Of a DNA stretch of 64,000 nucleotides, positions 55,485 to 64,000 are shown piece after piece. This stretch comes from a virus. A program made the translations under genes and the position numbers. A model generated the notes under the pieces. It saw nothing but the letters and a program-made list of their open reading frames with translations, was not told the origin of the DNA and did not search any database. Numbering within the stretch: position 1 is the first letter of the stretch; the number at the start of each line of letters is the position of its first letter. Location of the stretch: the IMG/VR virus record IMGVR_UViG_3300043112_000040. The stretch is one strand, 5' to 3'.

Positions 55485-57444
55485 AACTCCTAAAGCAACA
55501 ATTACTGCCGAAGAATATATAAAACAAAGGGATTTCCTTGTTAGCAATTTGGAGTCAGGTAATCTGCCGGAAGAAGAGTTTAACAAGAAGATTCAGGTTT
55601 TATATGCAAAGAGACTTCCAGTATATAGAAATGGTGGGGATGGGTTTATTGCATGGGCTGAAGAGAATGTTTGTGTAGATGCCTATATACCTGGAACTTC
55701 TATCAAAAAGCCTACATATCTATCTGACCTATCGAGAGAGCCTGAACCGGAAACGGGAAAGACTTGGTGGGATTTATGGTGCTGGCAACGCAGTGAAATA
55801 AAAAAAGCACTGGTACTGCGAGAAGACGGACGCTTAAAGCATAACTTAGTTGTATTTTGCACGGAGCGCGGAGAGGGCAAATCATTTATGGCCGTGCTTA
55901 TTGTGTTATGGAAGTTCTGTTGTCTTGCTGGTCAACGTATATTTCTTGCTGCTAACTCTAAAGAACAATCCTCCTTTGCTCATCGAGAGGAGATTGATAA
56001 GATTGTTCGTATCAGTCCTGTATTATTAGGATTGATTGGCGGTGAAAAGGCAATTAAGCAAAGAGAACTCGCCATTTATGATAGCAAGGGTAGGAAGATC
56101 AGTTTTATCACGACTGTTTCTACATTCACAGGTGTTTTATCCAATGCAACGGGTTTCACGTTTTCGGAGTTCTTTGCATCGCCGCCAGATGGTCGATTTT
56201 TTTCTGAAATTTATGGTTCAATGCGTAATACTCCTAATGCTTTGGGAGTTATTGACTCCACTGTGTCTACAAGGGACCACCGACTTTATAGAATTTATGA
56301 AAACATACAAAAGGGACTGCCGGGAACAGAAACACAATACTTCTTATTTAAATCAAATCCGGGGGCTAAAATCGAGAATTATTATTCCCCTGCCAATACT
56401 CAATCACAACTAGATGCTTTTAGAACTACCTTTACACCGGGGGAGTTCCAGATGTTTTTTGAGAACACCTGGGATTCAGCTACATCCGGTCTTTTTAGTG
56501 ATACGGATATTGAAATTGCAGATGTGCTTGGTATGAACGGTGCAATGCTGAACCACGAAGAAATTAAAGAAGTGGTAGAAGCATGTAAGCAAAAAGAAAG
56601 TATTCCAGATAGAATCCAAGGAAGTGACATGGGCGTAACTGCTGATTATGAAGCAATTGCAGAAATGAAACGGCCCTTTGTTCCTGTAAGTAGATATTTA
56701 TCTAATATTGATGAACATAATTTTTATATTCCAACAGAAGAGTTAGAAGAACTTGGAAACATATTAGATACAGATTGGTGTATTGGTATAGGAGTAGATA
56801 GAGCAGATACTATTAAGACTACTACTGGCGCACAGTCAGCGTTGGTATGTGTGGCAAAAGGTCTTCCCGGTAGTAGAAGTAATCCATATCTTTATCTTGT
56901 TGATGGAGGGGAAGGTAAATCTCCTGACTACATTTATATTCCTGTTGGCGTATATGTGACGGACTTCGGAGCTGCTAACGAAATACAGGCTATCATTCAA
57001 GAATGGCATAGTCAGTATAATGGGATTGAGGGGTTTGCGGCAGACAAATTTGGTATGCAGGATCTTCCCGGCTGGTTGATTGAACAAGAATTAATTGATA
57101 AACCAGAAGTGCTACAGTTTTCTTATAATGTTCAAAGGGCTGTTATGATGATGCTGTTTAATGCTCTAAAAAGAGGTAGATTCAAAAAGCCAAATATTAA
57201 TATTCCGGGTGTTAGGGGAAGTGATATTTTAGTAGAACAAATGAAGCACTATGTTCATCGCAGTGTTAATGGAACTAGATTTGAGTTTTCCTCCGATGAA
57301 AAAGGAAAGAAAGGCGGGGTACAGGATGATACCTTAGAAGCATTGGCCCTTGCTATTTATTCTGTTCGTATGAAAGGGCTAGATAGTTTTAAAAGTATTA
57401 GGGCTAAATCATTTTTCGGAGAGTATGTTCCTCCTTCAAATTAG
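55468..57444 (+). CDS. terL: Terminase large subunit
   Basis: Walker A ERGEGKS, AANSKEQ, RNase H-like IGVDRA, DKFG and QDD motifs; upstream of the portal. Confidence 0.85.
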   Translation: MTKKTRTPKATITAEEYIKQRDFLVSNLESGNLPEEEFNKKIQVLYAKRLPVYRNGGDGFIAWAEENVCVDAYIPGTSIKKPTYLSDLSREPEPETGKTWWDLWCWQRSEIKKALVLREDGRLKHNLVVFCTERGEGKSFMAVLIVLWKFCCLAGQRIFLAANSKEQSSFAHREEIDKIVRISPVLLGLIGGEKAIKQRELAIYDSKGRKISFITTVSTFTGVLSNATGFTFSEFFASPPDGRFFSEIYGSMRNTPNALGVIDSTVSTRDHRLYRIYENIQKGLPGTETQYFLFKSNPGAKIENYYSPANTQSQLDAFRTTFTPGEFQMFFENTWDSATSGLFSDTDIEIADVLGMNGAMLNHEEIKEVVEACKQKESIPDRIQGSDMGVTADYEAIAEMKRPFVPVSRYLSNIDEHNFYIPTEELEELGNILDTDWCIGIGVDRADTIKTTTGAQSALVCVAKGLPGSRSNPYLYLVDGGEGKSPDYIYIPVGVYVTDFGAANEIQAIIQEWHSQYNGIEGFAADKFGMQDLPGWLIEQELIDKPEVLQFSYNVQRAVMMMLFNALKRGRFKKPNINIPGVRGSDILVEQMKHYVHRSVNGTRFEFSSDEKGKKGGVQDDTLEALALAIYSVRMKGLDSFKSIRAKSFFGEYVPPSN

Positions 57445-57467
57445 TTTCATAGAACATCAAAAAAGAC

Positions 57468-57496
57468 TTGACAAATCATTATCATTCTGCTATAAT
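57468..57496 (+). promoter_or_regulatory. sigma70 promoter of cassette 5
   Basis: TTGACA-N17-TATAAT. Confidence 0.8.
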
Positions 57497-57523
57497 AATT
57501 ATTAACACTAAGGAGAAGACTAC

Positions 57524-57727
57524 ATGCTACTAAAAGAAACAATACCAACCATTCGTAAGTATATCACGCAGGAATTTCTTTCTGATGTATTTGGGTGTAG
57601 TCGCGTAACGATTTCCCGCTGGTATAATTCTGATCTTAATGCCCTTTCCTACAAAACTGTTTCTGAGGTTCAAAAACTAGAACAGTCATTGAAGGAGTTT
57701 TATAAGAATTTTAAGGATCAGATTTAG
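57524..57727 (+). CDS. Small HTH protein (cassette family A)
   Basis: QEFLSDVFGCSRVTISRW; LSYKTVS shared with 20392. Confidence 0.78.
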   Translation: MLLKETIPTIRKYITQEFLSDVFGCSRVTISRWYNSDLNALSYKTVSEVQKLEQSLKEFYKNFKDQI

Positions 57728-57759
57728 GTTTGTGTTGGTATTGTTATAGGAATTTTGTT

Positions 57760-58650
57760 ATGCCTTATAATCATATGGATATTTACTATGTTGAAGGAGA
57801 GTGGGGAGGCAGAGAGTGTATTTGTTGTGGTTGGTTTAGGAACTGGTGGGAGTTTAATAAAAATAAACAAGGATTTAAAGGGCATCAAAATAAGTGTAAA
57901 AATTGTTGTAATAAATATCGCAAAAAACACTACGTGGAGAAACGAGAACATATTTTACAACAGCAAAAAGGATATCGCTTAGATAACCGAGAAGATATAT
58001 TAGAGCAGAAAAAAGAACATGCAGCGTCTTTTGCATTATTTAATACATATGGATATCAACTGACAATAGAAGAAGATGCAAGGGAAACAGTTGAAGGATA
58101 CCTAGAAGTAAAATGCGCCCACTCTGAGTGTAGGAAGTATTTTATTCCGACAAATAAGCAAGTACATAATAGAATACAGGCATTAAATGGAAATATACCA
58201 GGAGAATCTCGTCTTTATTGCTCGGAAAACTGTAAAGAATCATGTTCCCTTTATCAACAACGTAAATATCCAAAAGGATTTAAAAATTCTAACACCATAA
58301 AACGATCTTTCCCTGCCGAGTTTCGTAATATGGTATTAGAAAGAGACAACCATCAATGTGTTATATGCGGTTCAACAGATAATTTAACAGTACATCACAG
58401 CGATCCCTTTGCTACCTGTAAGATGTTTGAGAATGACATGGATGGAGCATTTACCTTATGCGAAGAACATGATAAAAATGCCCATTCAATATCAGGCTGT
58501 ACTTTACCAGAATTAAGAAAAGCCTCACAAGAAATGTTAAAGGAGTTACAGGAAAGAGGAATCAACCTAAATGAAGTCCCTGATTGGGCCATTAACAAAT
58601 ACCTTAAACCCTCCCAACCCCCAACTATAAGAGAAAAACCTAATGATTAA
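57760..58650 (+). CDS. HNH endonuclease, cassette 5 (type A)
   Basis: MPYN start after a TATAGGA RBS; C-terminal domain nearly identical to 19445..20350. Confidence 0.85.
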   Translation: MPYNHMDIYYVEGEWGGRECICCGWFRNWWEFNKNKQGFKGHQNKCKNCCNKYRKKHYVEKREHILQQQKGYRLDNREDILEQKKEHAASFALFNTYGYQLTIEEDARETVEGYLEVKCAHSECRKYFIPTNKQVHNRIQALNGNIPGESRLYCSENCKESCSLYQQRKYPKGFKNSNTIKRSFPAEFRNMVLERDNHQCVICGSTDNLTVHHSDPFATCKMFENDMDGAFTLCEEHDKNAHSISGCTLPELRKASQEMLKELQERGINLNEVPDWAINKYLKPSQPPTIREKPND

Positions 58651-59836
58651 GCACTTCGTACTCGATACAAACATTCTTATTGACAATCCCAACGCTATTA
58701 TGCTCCTGCGAAATGGAAAAGACGAAGGCGATATAAATAGGATATTTATTCCTGAAACTGTTATCCAAGAACTTGATAAACTAAAACGCAAAGATAGTAT
58801 TAAACATATAATCAGTAAGATTGTTGATAATTTACACGAACAACTTGAATACTACACTGTTATCCCTAGAATTGATTTAGAATATATAGAGAATCCAGAT
58901 GATCGAATTTTACAGGAAATCCTTTGGTTAGAAGAGAGTTTTGAGGTTGACAATCTTATCTTCGTAACCAATGACAGACTCCTTGCTCTAAAAGCCAAAT
59001 TAGAGGATATTGACACCCAAGAGTTCAAAGAAAGCCTTCCTTTCAAAACAGAAGCAGAAGTATATACCGGAATTATCAAATCAGAGGAAGAGAAAGTTTT
59101 TAATAGTTTCTTTTGGGATAGTGGTAGACTACATAGGGTTATTCCAGGGGGAGCAGTAGAAATTCGACGTGATAATAAAATCTGGAATACAACCCCACGA
59201 CATTATACTCAAAATGCTGCTATGGAACTACTACTTGACCCTGATATTAATATCTTATCCTTATCATCTAGTGCCGGATATGGTAAAACCCATATTGCTG
59301 TAGCGGGAGCCTTACATAGCGTTCTTCAAAAGAAATTATTCAAAAAGATTTATGTATTTAAAACCGTAGAGGATATTGGTCCATCAATCGGATTCCTGCC
59401 CGGTTCATTACAAGAAAAAATTGATCCATATATGAAATATATCAAGACAATGTTCCAGAAACTTCATGAAGGGCGCAAGGGCAATAATGATTTATTCTTA
59501 GAAGATGGAGAACTTAACCCTAAATATGTAGAAGTTTTGCCCCTCACCTATATTCGGGGAATGAATATTGATGATGCTTACGTTATTATTGATGAAGCAC
59601 AGAATATATCCAGACTCCAAATGCGCTCCTTGCTTACTCGTATGGGTGATAATGTGAAAGTTATCCTTTGTGGTGACCCAAACCAAGTAGATAATCCTAA
59701 TCTAAACTCCCAAAACAACGGTCTGAATTGGTGTGTTAGGTTATTTAAGGGAGAAAAGAACTACGGCCATATTACCCTTGGTGGCAGTAAAAGCCGAGGT
59801 CCAATTTGTGATTTAGTACATAAAAAAGGATTATAA
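58643..59836 (+). CDS. phoH: PIN-PhoH (PhoH2-like) protein
   Basis: PIN domain FVLDTNIL, ELDKLK, DDRIL, VTND; PhoH SAGYGKT, RGMNI, IDEAQN, GDPNQVD. Confidence 0.92.
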   Translation: MIKHFVLDTNILIDNPNAIMLLRNGKDEGDINRIFIPETVIQELDKLKRKDSIKHIISKIVDNLHEQLEYYTVIPRIDLEYIENPDDRILQEILWLEESFEVDNLIFVTNDRLLALKAKLEDIDTQEFKESLPFKTEAEVYTGIIKSEEEKVFNSFFWDSGRLHRVIPGGAVEIRRDNKIWNTTPRHYTQNAAMELLLDPDINILSLSSSAGYGKTHIAVAGALHSVLQKKLFKKIYVFKTVEDIGPSIGFLPGSLQEKIDPYMKYIKTMFQKLHEGRKGNNDLFLEDGELNPKYVEVLPLTYIRGMNIDDAYVIIDEAQNISRLQMRSLLTRMGDNVKVILCGDPNQVDNPNLNSQNNGLNWCVRLFKGEKNYGHITLGGSKSRGPICDLVHKKGL

Positions 59837-59868
59837 ATTGAAAAAATAATAAAAATAACAAAAAAGAC

Positions 59869-59897
59869 TTGACTTTTTAATAAAAAAACTGTATAAT
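59869..59897 (+). promoter_or_regulatory. sigma70 promoter upstream of the portal
   Basis: TTGACT-N17-TATAAT. Confidence 0.7.
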
Positions 59898-59958
59898 CTG
59901 ACAAATTATGCAGTTTTTCTATTTTATTTATAAATTTTAAACAAAGGAAAAAGAGAAA

Positions 59959-61578
59959 GTGGACCAAAATAAAACAGATATAATGGCTTTTGACGAAAGG
60001 CTAAATAAATTAGATGCAATGTCAGACGATGAGTTGCAGAATTATCAATTTGCTCTCGTAAGAAATCCCGGTAGACCGGACGAATATCCTGCCGACCTGA
60101 GAACCTTTGGAACTCCTAACTATTACAACAATATGTCAGTTAGGGAACTTCAAGAGGCTCTTTGGCTTGAGTTTAACAACAATCCCTTACTCAATTCCTC
60201 TGTCCGAGACTATGTAGGAAGAATGTGTGGACAGGGCTTTGAAACCTATTCTGAGATTCCACAGATTCAGGAAAAGATTGACGAGATTTATTACGACTAT
60301 CGAAATCGTCTTCATACAATGCTTCCTAAATATATTGGGAGAAGTAATGTAGAGGGTGAACTGTTTGTTGTATTGACTGTTCATACTGATGGGTTTGTTG
60401 AAATTGATTTTCGTGATCCTTCAACACTTGACCATATTGGAACTGATGACTCTGGTATTATTTTTCATCCCACTAAGCCTTCCATGCCGATTGCGTATCA
60501 GTTTGTATATGAAGGAGAGGATAATAAACAGCATTATGAACTAATTCCTTCTATTTATGTTGCTCGTTATCCCGAACTTATTAAATATCTTGAGCAACAC
60601 CCAAACTATATGGAATCCTATTTAAAACAAGCAAAGGATTCTCGTCCAAAATATAAGAATATTGGAGGGTTCAAGAAGTTTGTTGTGCAATGGGATAAGG
60701 GTTGGCTAACTACTCGTAATCTTTCTCATATTCGTACTGTATTAACATGGATGAGTTATTACAACGACCTAAAGCGATATGAGATTGAACACAAGAAGAG
60801 CAGTGGTTCATATCTTTGGGTAATTGAAGTTGAAGACCCTAAAGCATTTAGAAGTTGGCTTGCTCTGACTCCCGAACAAAAAGAGTCCACCGGAGTAATG
60901 GCAAAAAAGGATGCTGGCGGTACTTTAATGCTTCCTCCGGGCATGAAACTAAAGTCTGTTAATCCACAACTTCCTCGTATTTCTGATAGTGATACTGATA
61001 TTCTTGATTTAGTCTCTGCGGGATTAAATACCACAGACGATGTAATGATGGGACGTTCAAACAGAAACAAATCAAGCCTAGATGCAACAAAAGGAACACA
61101 AACAGACAGAATTGCAGATCAGATTGCAGAACTAGAGAAATTCCTGCGATTTGATTTTTGGGGTAACATCTTATTCCTTGCCTCAAAAGTGTCTTCTTTT
61201 AAATACGAATACAAGGTTAAGAAAGCAGTAGATTTTGATAAGAATAAAGAACCTATTTTTAAGTTTAAGAAGTATACTGCTGAACATCTGGTTAATTTTA
61301 CTTTCCCTGTCTCTCAAAATGCAGACCTAGAGGGAATGTCAAGGGCATTACTTGGGGTAAAGCATGGGGCATTAAATGCTTGTTTGGGGGTTCCTAATGA
61401 AGAAATTGCTCGTAGACTTGGTTTTTCGTCTTATAAGGAAATGCGACTCAAACAGGCACAGGAAAATGTAACGTATCCTGAACTCCAAATTGATGCTGAC
61501 GCAGAAACCGAACAAGAGAATCAAATAGAAAACGAAGACAACACTCAGGACTCTAACAACGATAATGGTGCTAATTAA
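59959..61578 (+). CDS. Portal protein (probable)
   Basis: 539 aa between TerL and the prohead protease; GELF...F, LMLPPG patterns. Confidence 0.7.
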   Translation: MDQNKTDIMAFDERLNKLDAMSDDELQNYQFALVRNPGRPDEYPADLRTFGTPNYYNNMSVRELQEALWLEFNNNPLLNSSVRDYVGRMCGQGFETYSEIPQIQEKIDEIYYDYRNRLHTMLPKYIGRSNVEGELFVVLTVHTDGFVEIDFRDPSTLDHIGTDDSGIIFHPTKPSMPIAYQFVYEGEDNKQHYELIPSIYVARYPELIKYLEQHPNYMESYLKQAKDSRPKYKNIGGFKKFVVQWDKGWLTTRNLSHIRTVLTWMSYYNDLKRYEIEHKKSSGSYLWVIEVEDPKAFRSWLALTPEQKESTGVMAKKDAGGTLMLPPGMKLKSVNPQLPRISDSDTDILDLVSAGLNTTDDVMMGRSNRNKSSLDATKGTQTDRIADQIAELEKFLRFDFWGNILFLASKVSSFKYEYKVKKAVDFDKNKEPIFKFKKYTAEHLVNFTFPVSQNADLEGMSRALLGVKHGALNACLGVPNEEIARRLGFSSYKEMRLKQAQENVTYPELQIDADAETEQENQIENEDNTQDSNNDNGAN

Positions 61579-61616
61579 AAACCAATAAAAAAGTTTAAAA
61601 AACATCAAAATAACTA

Positions 61617-61645
61617 TTGACTTTTCTTTCAAATATGTGTATAAT
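61617..61645 (+). promoter_or_regulatory. sigma70 promoter upstream of the head genes
   Basis: TTGACT-N17-TATAAT. Confidence 0.7.
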
Positions 61646-61695
61646 ATGATTTCAATAAAACACGCTCCAATTTTTTAAATAAGGAAAATAAAAAT

Positions 61696-62856
61696 ATGGC
61701 AAAGAAACTCAAACAAGTACCAAAGAACGCCTTTGCTTTCTTGTCTGATGTAACCCCCGAATGTTCTTTTGAAGAAGGTTCAGAGGATATTTCAGGTTTC
61801 AAGATGGTAGGATATAGTGGTAAGGAGATTAAAGATCACTGGTATTGGGGAAATCTGGCCTTTGATCTAAATGGTTTCAAATTTAATAAGGATAAATTCC
61901 CTGTTCTTTGGAGCCATGATTCTTTTGACATGGATAATATTCTTGGTTTCAGCACTGGCCCTTCTATCACTGATGAGGGTTTGGTTTTTACCGAACAAGA
62001 TACAACTTTTGTTGATAATGAACGCACCAAGCAATTCAGGGAATACTCAAAGAAGGGTGTTCCATTTCAGGCTTCCATCCGAGGCAATCCCACAAAGATT
62101 GAATATGTGCCGGAAGGAGAATCCGTTGAAGTCAATGGTTTTCAACTCAACGGTCCCGGTCACGTTTGGAGAGAAACTGAATTAGTAGAATGTAGTGTCT
62201 GCATGTTTGGTGCTGATTCTCATACAAGTTCTAAAATGTTTACAGAGGCGGGAGAAGAGATGGTAAATCTATCTGAATCAGTATTTGTCTCTAACCCAAA
62301 TGAAAATGAAAACCAAAATCAAAATAAAACGGAGATCAATATGGATTATCTAGTGTTTCGCAAAGAGCACCCCGAAGAAGCGAAGAAGTTTGCTGATCTG
62401 GTGCTTGAAGATGCCAATAAGAAGTTTGAATCTGAAAAGAAAGAACTGATTGAGGCCAATGATGAAAAGGAAAAGGCTTTCAATGAAAAGATTGAAGCCC
62501 TTGAAAATCAGGTAAAGGAATTTGAGAAGGCCGCTGTTATTGCAGAAGAAGCCGCTCGTAAGGAATTTGCTGAAAAGACTTGGAATGAGAAACTAAAGGA
62601 TGCTTCTATCCCTGAACGCCTCCATGAAAAGGTTAAGGCTTTTGTTTCTGCTGAAAAGTTTGTTGGTGAAGATGGTTTCGACAAGGAAGCCTTTGAAGCC
62701 GCTGTGGTTAAGGAAATTAAGTTTTGGGCAGAAACCAAGGAAGAAGAAAAGATTCAGGGTTCTGGTTCCTTCTCCAAGAAATCTGCTGGTGAAAACGAAT
62801 TTAGCGAAAAAGAAGCAGAAGAAGCCGCTGACGCTCTGCTTTCCTTCGTGCGCTAA
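61696..62856 (+). CDS. Prohead protease / scaffold fusion
   Basis: PVLWSHD, FQASI and LVECSVCMFGAD protease motifs; acidic coiled-coil C-terminus. Confidence 0.8.
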   Translation: MAKKLKQVPKNAFAFLSDVTPECSFEEGSEDISGFKMVGYSGKEIKDHWYWGNLAFDLNGFKFNKDKFPVLWSHDSFDMDNILGFSTGPSITDEGLVFTEQDTTFVDNERTKQFREYSKKGVPFQASIRGNPTKIEYVPEGESVEVNGFQLNGPGHVWRETELVECSVCMFGADSHTSSKMFTEAGEEMVNLSESVFVSNPNENENQNQNKTEINMDYLVFRKEHPEEAKKFADLVLEDANKKFESEKKELIEANDEKEKAFNEKIEALENQVKEFEKAAVIAEEAARKEFAEKTWNEKLKDASIPERLHEKVKAFVSAEKFVGEDGFDKEAFEAAVVKEIKFWAETKEEEKIQGSGSFSKKSAGENEFSEKEAEEAADALLSFVR

Positions 62857-62875
62857 TATATAAAGGAGAATAATT

Positions 62876-63562
62876 ATGGCTATTACTGTTGCTGATGTTG
62901 TGACCTACGGCGATACCCCACAGATTAATCGTGGTGTGCAGTACGATCAGGTTCATCTATATACTGATGGTTTCCCCAATGACGCTACCATGTTCGCGTC
63001 TATCAAGATGAAAGCCGGCTACGGTTGGATTGAGGCTGGCACTGTTGTTGCTGAAACCGCCTCTGGTGAGTTTGTGCCTTACGTGCCTACCACCTATTCC
63101 GATAACGTGGCTGTTTCCCCTCTAGTTGCTGATCATACTGCTGAGACTAATACTGTTCAGGTTTCCGAACTTGAGTCTGGCAAGTATGCTGTTGGTGATG
63201 TTCTTATTCTTGCCAACGATGATCCCGATTACCTTGATGGTGGTGCTATTACTGACATTACTGTTGCTAATGGTATTGCTACCATCACTTTCACTACTGC
63301 TTCTGGTCTGGCTGCTGATTTCACTACCGCCAAGAACGCACACATTTATGTGAAGTCTGGTGCTTCTGGTAAGTTCTCTACCGCGCTCTGCATCATTGAT
63401 AAGCCAGTTGATACTGGTGTTGGTGATGATGCTCTAGGCGCACAGGCTTCCGCTGTTATTGCCAATGCCGTTATGTATGCGGCTCCTATGTTCAACCTCG
63501 ATTCTGCTGCTCTCACCGCTCTAGGCGTAGTTAAGTTCAGCAATCGTGCCTATATTAAGTAA
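62876..63562 (+). CDS. Head decoration protein
   Basis: AGTVVA...FVPY pattern; directly upstream of the MCP. Confidence 0.65.
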   Translation: MAITVADVVTYGDTPQINRGVQYDQVHLYTDGFPNDATMFASIKMKAGYGWIEAGTVVAETASGEFVPYVPTTYSDNVAVSPLVADHTAETNTVQVSELESGKYAVGDVLILANDDPDYLDGGAITDITVANGIATITFTTASGLAADFTTAKNAHIYVKSGASGKFSTALCIIDKPVDTGVGDDALGAQASAVIANAVMYAAPMFNLDSAALTALGVVKFSNRAYIK

Positions 63563-63574
63563 GGAGATATAAAC

Positions 63575-64000
63575 ATGAGTAAAGGAAATATCATCCCCGA
63601 ACTTCACCTGAGTACTCTCCAGAAGTTCATTGAACGTAGCACCACTCCTCCCTCTATGGTGCTATCAAATATGTTCCCTGTGAACAATGCGCCTAGCGAT
63701 ACTATCGAGTGGGAGAGCCGTTACGGTTCTGCTGAAATGATTCCCTTCGTTGCTCGCGGTTCCCGTGGTCCTAGCTTCGGTGACGATGGTGTTGGCAAGC
63801 ACTCCATGAAAGCGGCATACTTTGCTTCAGACCGCTTCTTTGGAGAGGAGTTCCTTAATAACCTCCGCAAGCCCGGTACTCGTCAAGAAAAAATGTCCGG
63901 TCAGTCTGAAATTGCCCGTGCTATGTCTCGCATGTTAAACTCTGTTGATCGTCGCAGGGAGTACATGTTCAGTAAAATGCTGTTTGACGGATCAATGTCC
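63575..64000 (+). CDS. Major capsid protein (lambda gpE-like), 5' part; runs off the window edge
   Basis: AAGGAG RBS; MSKGNIIPELHLSTLQKF...MIPFVARGS...VDRRREYMFSKMLFDG. Confidence 0.8.
   Translation, partial: MSKGNIIPELHLSTLQKFIERSTTPPSMVLSNMFPVNNAPSDTIEWESRYGSAEMIPFVARGSRGPSFGDDGVGKHSMKAAYFASDRFFGEEFLNNLRKPGTRQEKMSGQSEIARAMSRMLNSVDRRREYMFSKMLFDGSMS

Noticed and set aside
57474-57492. Additional Fur box in the cassette 5 promoter
   Set aside because: Only about 13/19 match, within chance for AT-rich DNA.
1479-63543. Numerous 60-190 aa ORFs in the track opposite or out of frame to called genes
   Set aside because: They overlap well-supported genes, lack an RBS and have no recognisable motifs; treated as shadow ORFs.

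Overview
This 64 kb window is AT-rich and comes from a large tailed dsDNA bacteriophage. The host is probably an anaerobe (class III RNR), and transcription appears to use near-consensus sigma70 promoters throughout. 1-43.9 kb (minus strand) is a nucleotide-metabolism, recombination and replication block: nrdD (partial), dUTPase, RdgC-like protein, split SbcC plus SbcD, a degenerate ligase, RuvC, RecA/UvsX, SSB, UvsY-like protein, UDG-PolA fusion, clamp loader and putative clamp, DnaB, deaminase, two MT-A70 methylases, an iteron-containing initiator, a tyrosine recombinase, DenV-like glycosylase, two atypical tRNAs with upstream structured ncRNAs, primase and a split SNF2 helicase. 43.9-50.3 kb is an A-rich island of small early-type genes with repeated intergenic modules, several Fur-box-like sites and a palindromic tandem repeat. 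50.4-64 kb (plus strand) holds small genes, terminase, PIN-PhoH, portal, prohead protease/scaffold, decoration protein and the start of the major capsid gene. The most striking pattern is five copies of a self-contained cassette (own sigma70 promoter, a small HTH or Zn-ribbon gene, and an HNH nuclease with a shared N-terminal Zn finger) placed next to or inside essential genes. All product calls come from motif recognition by eye; no database searches were run.
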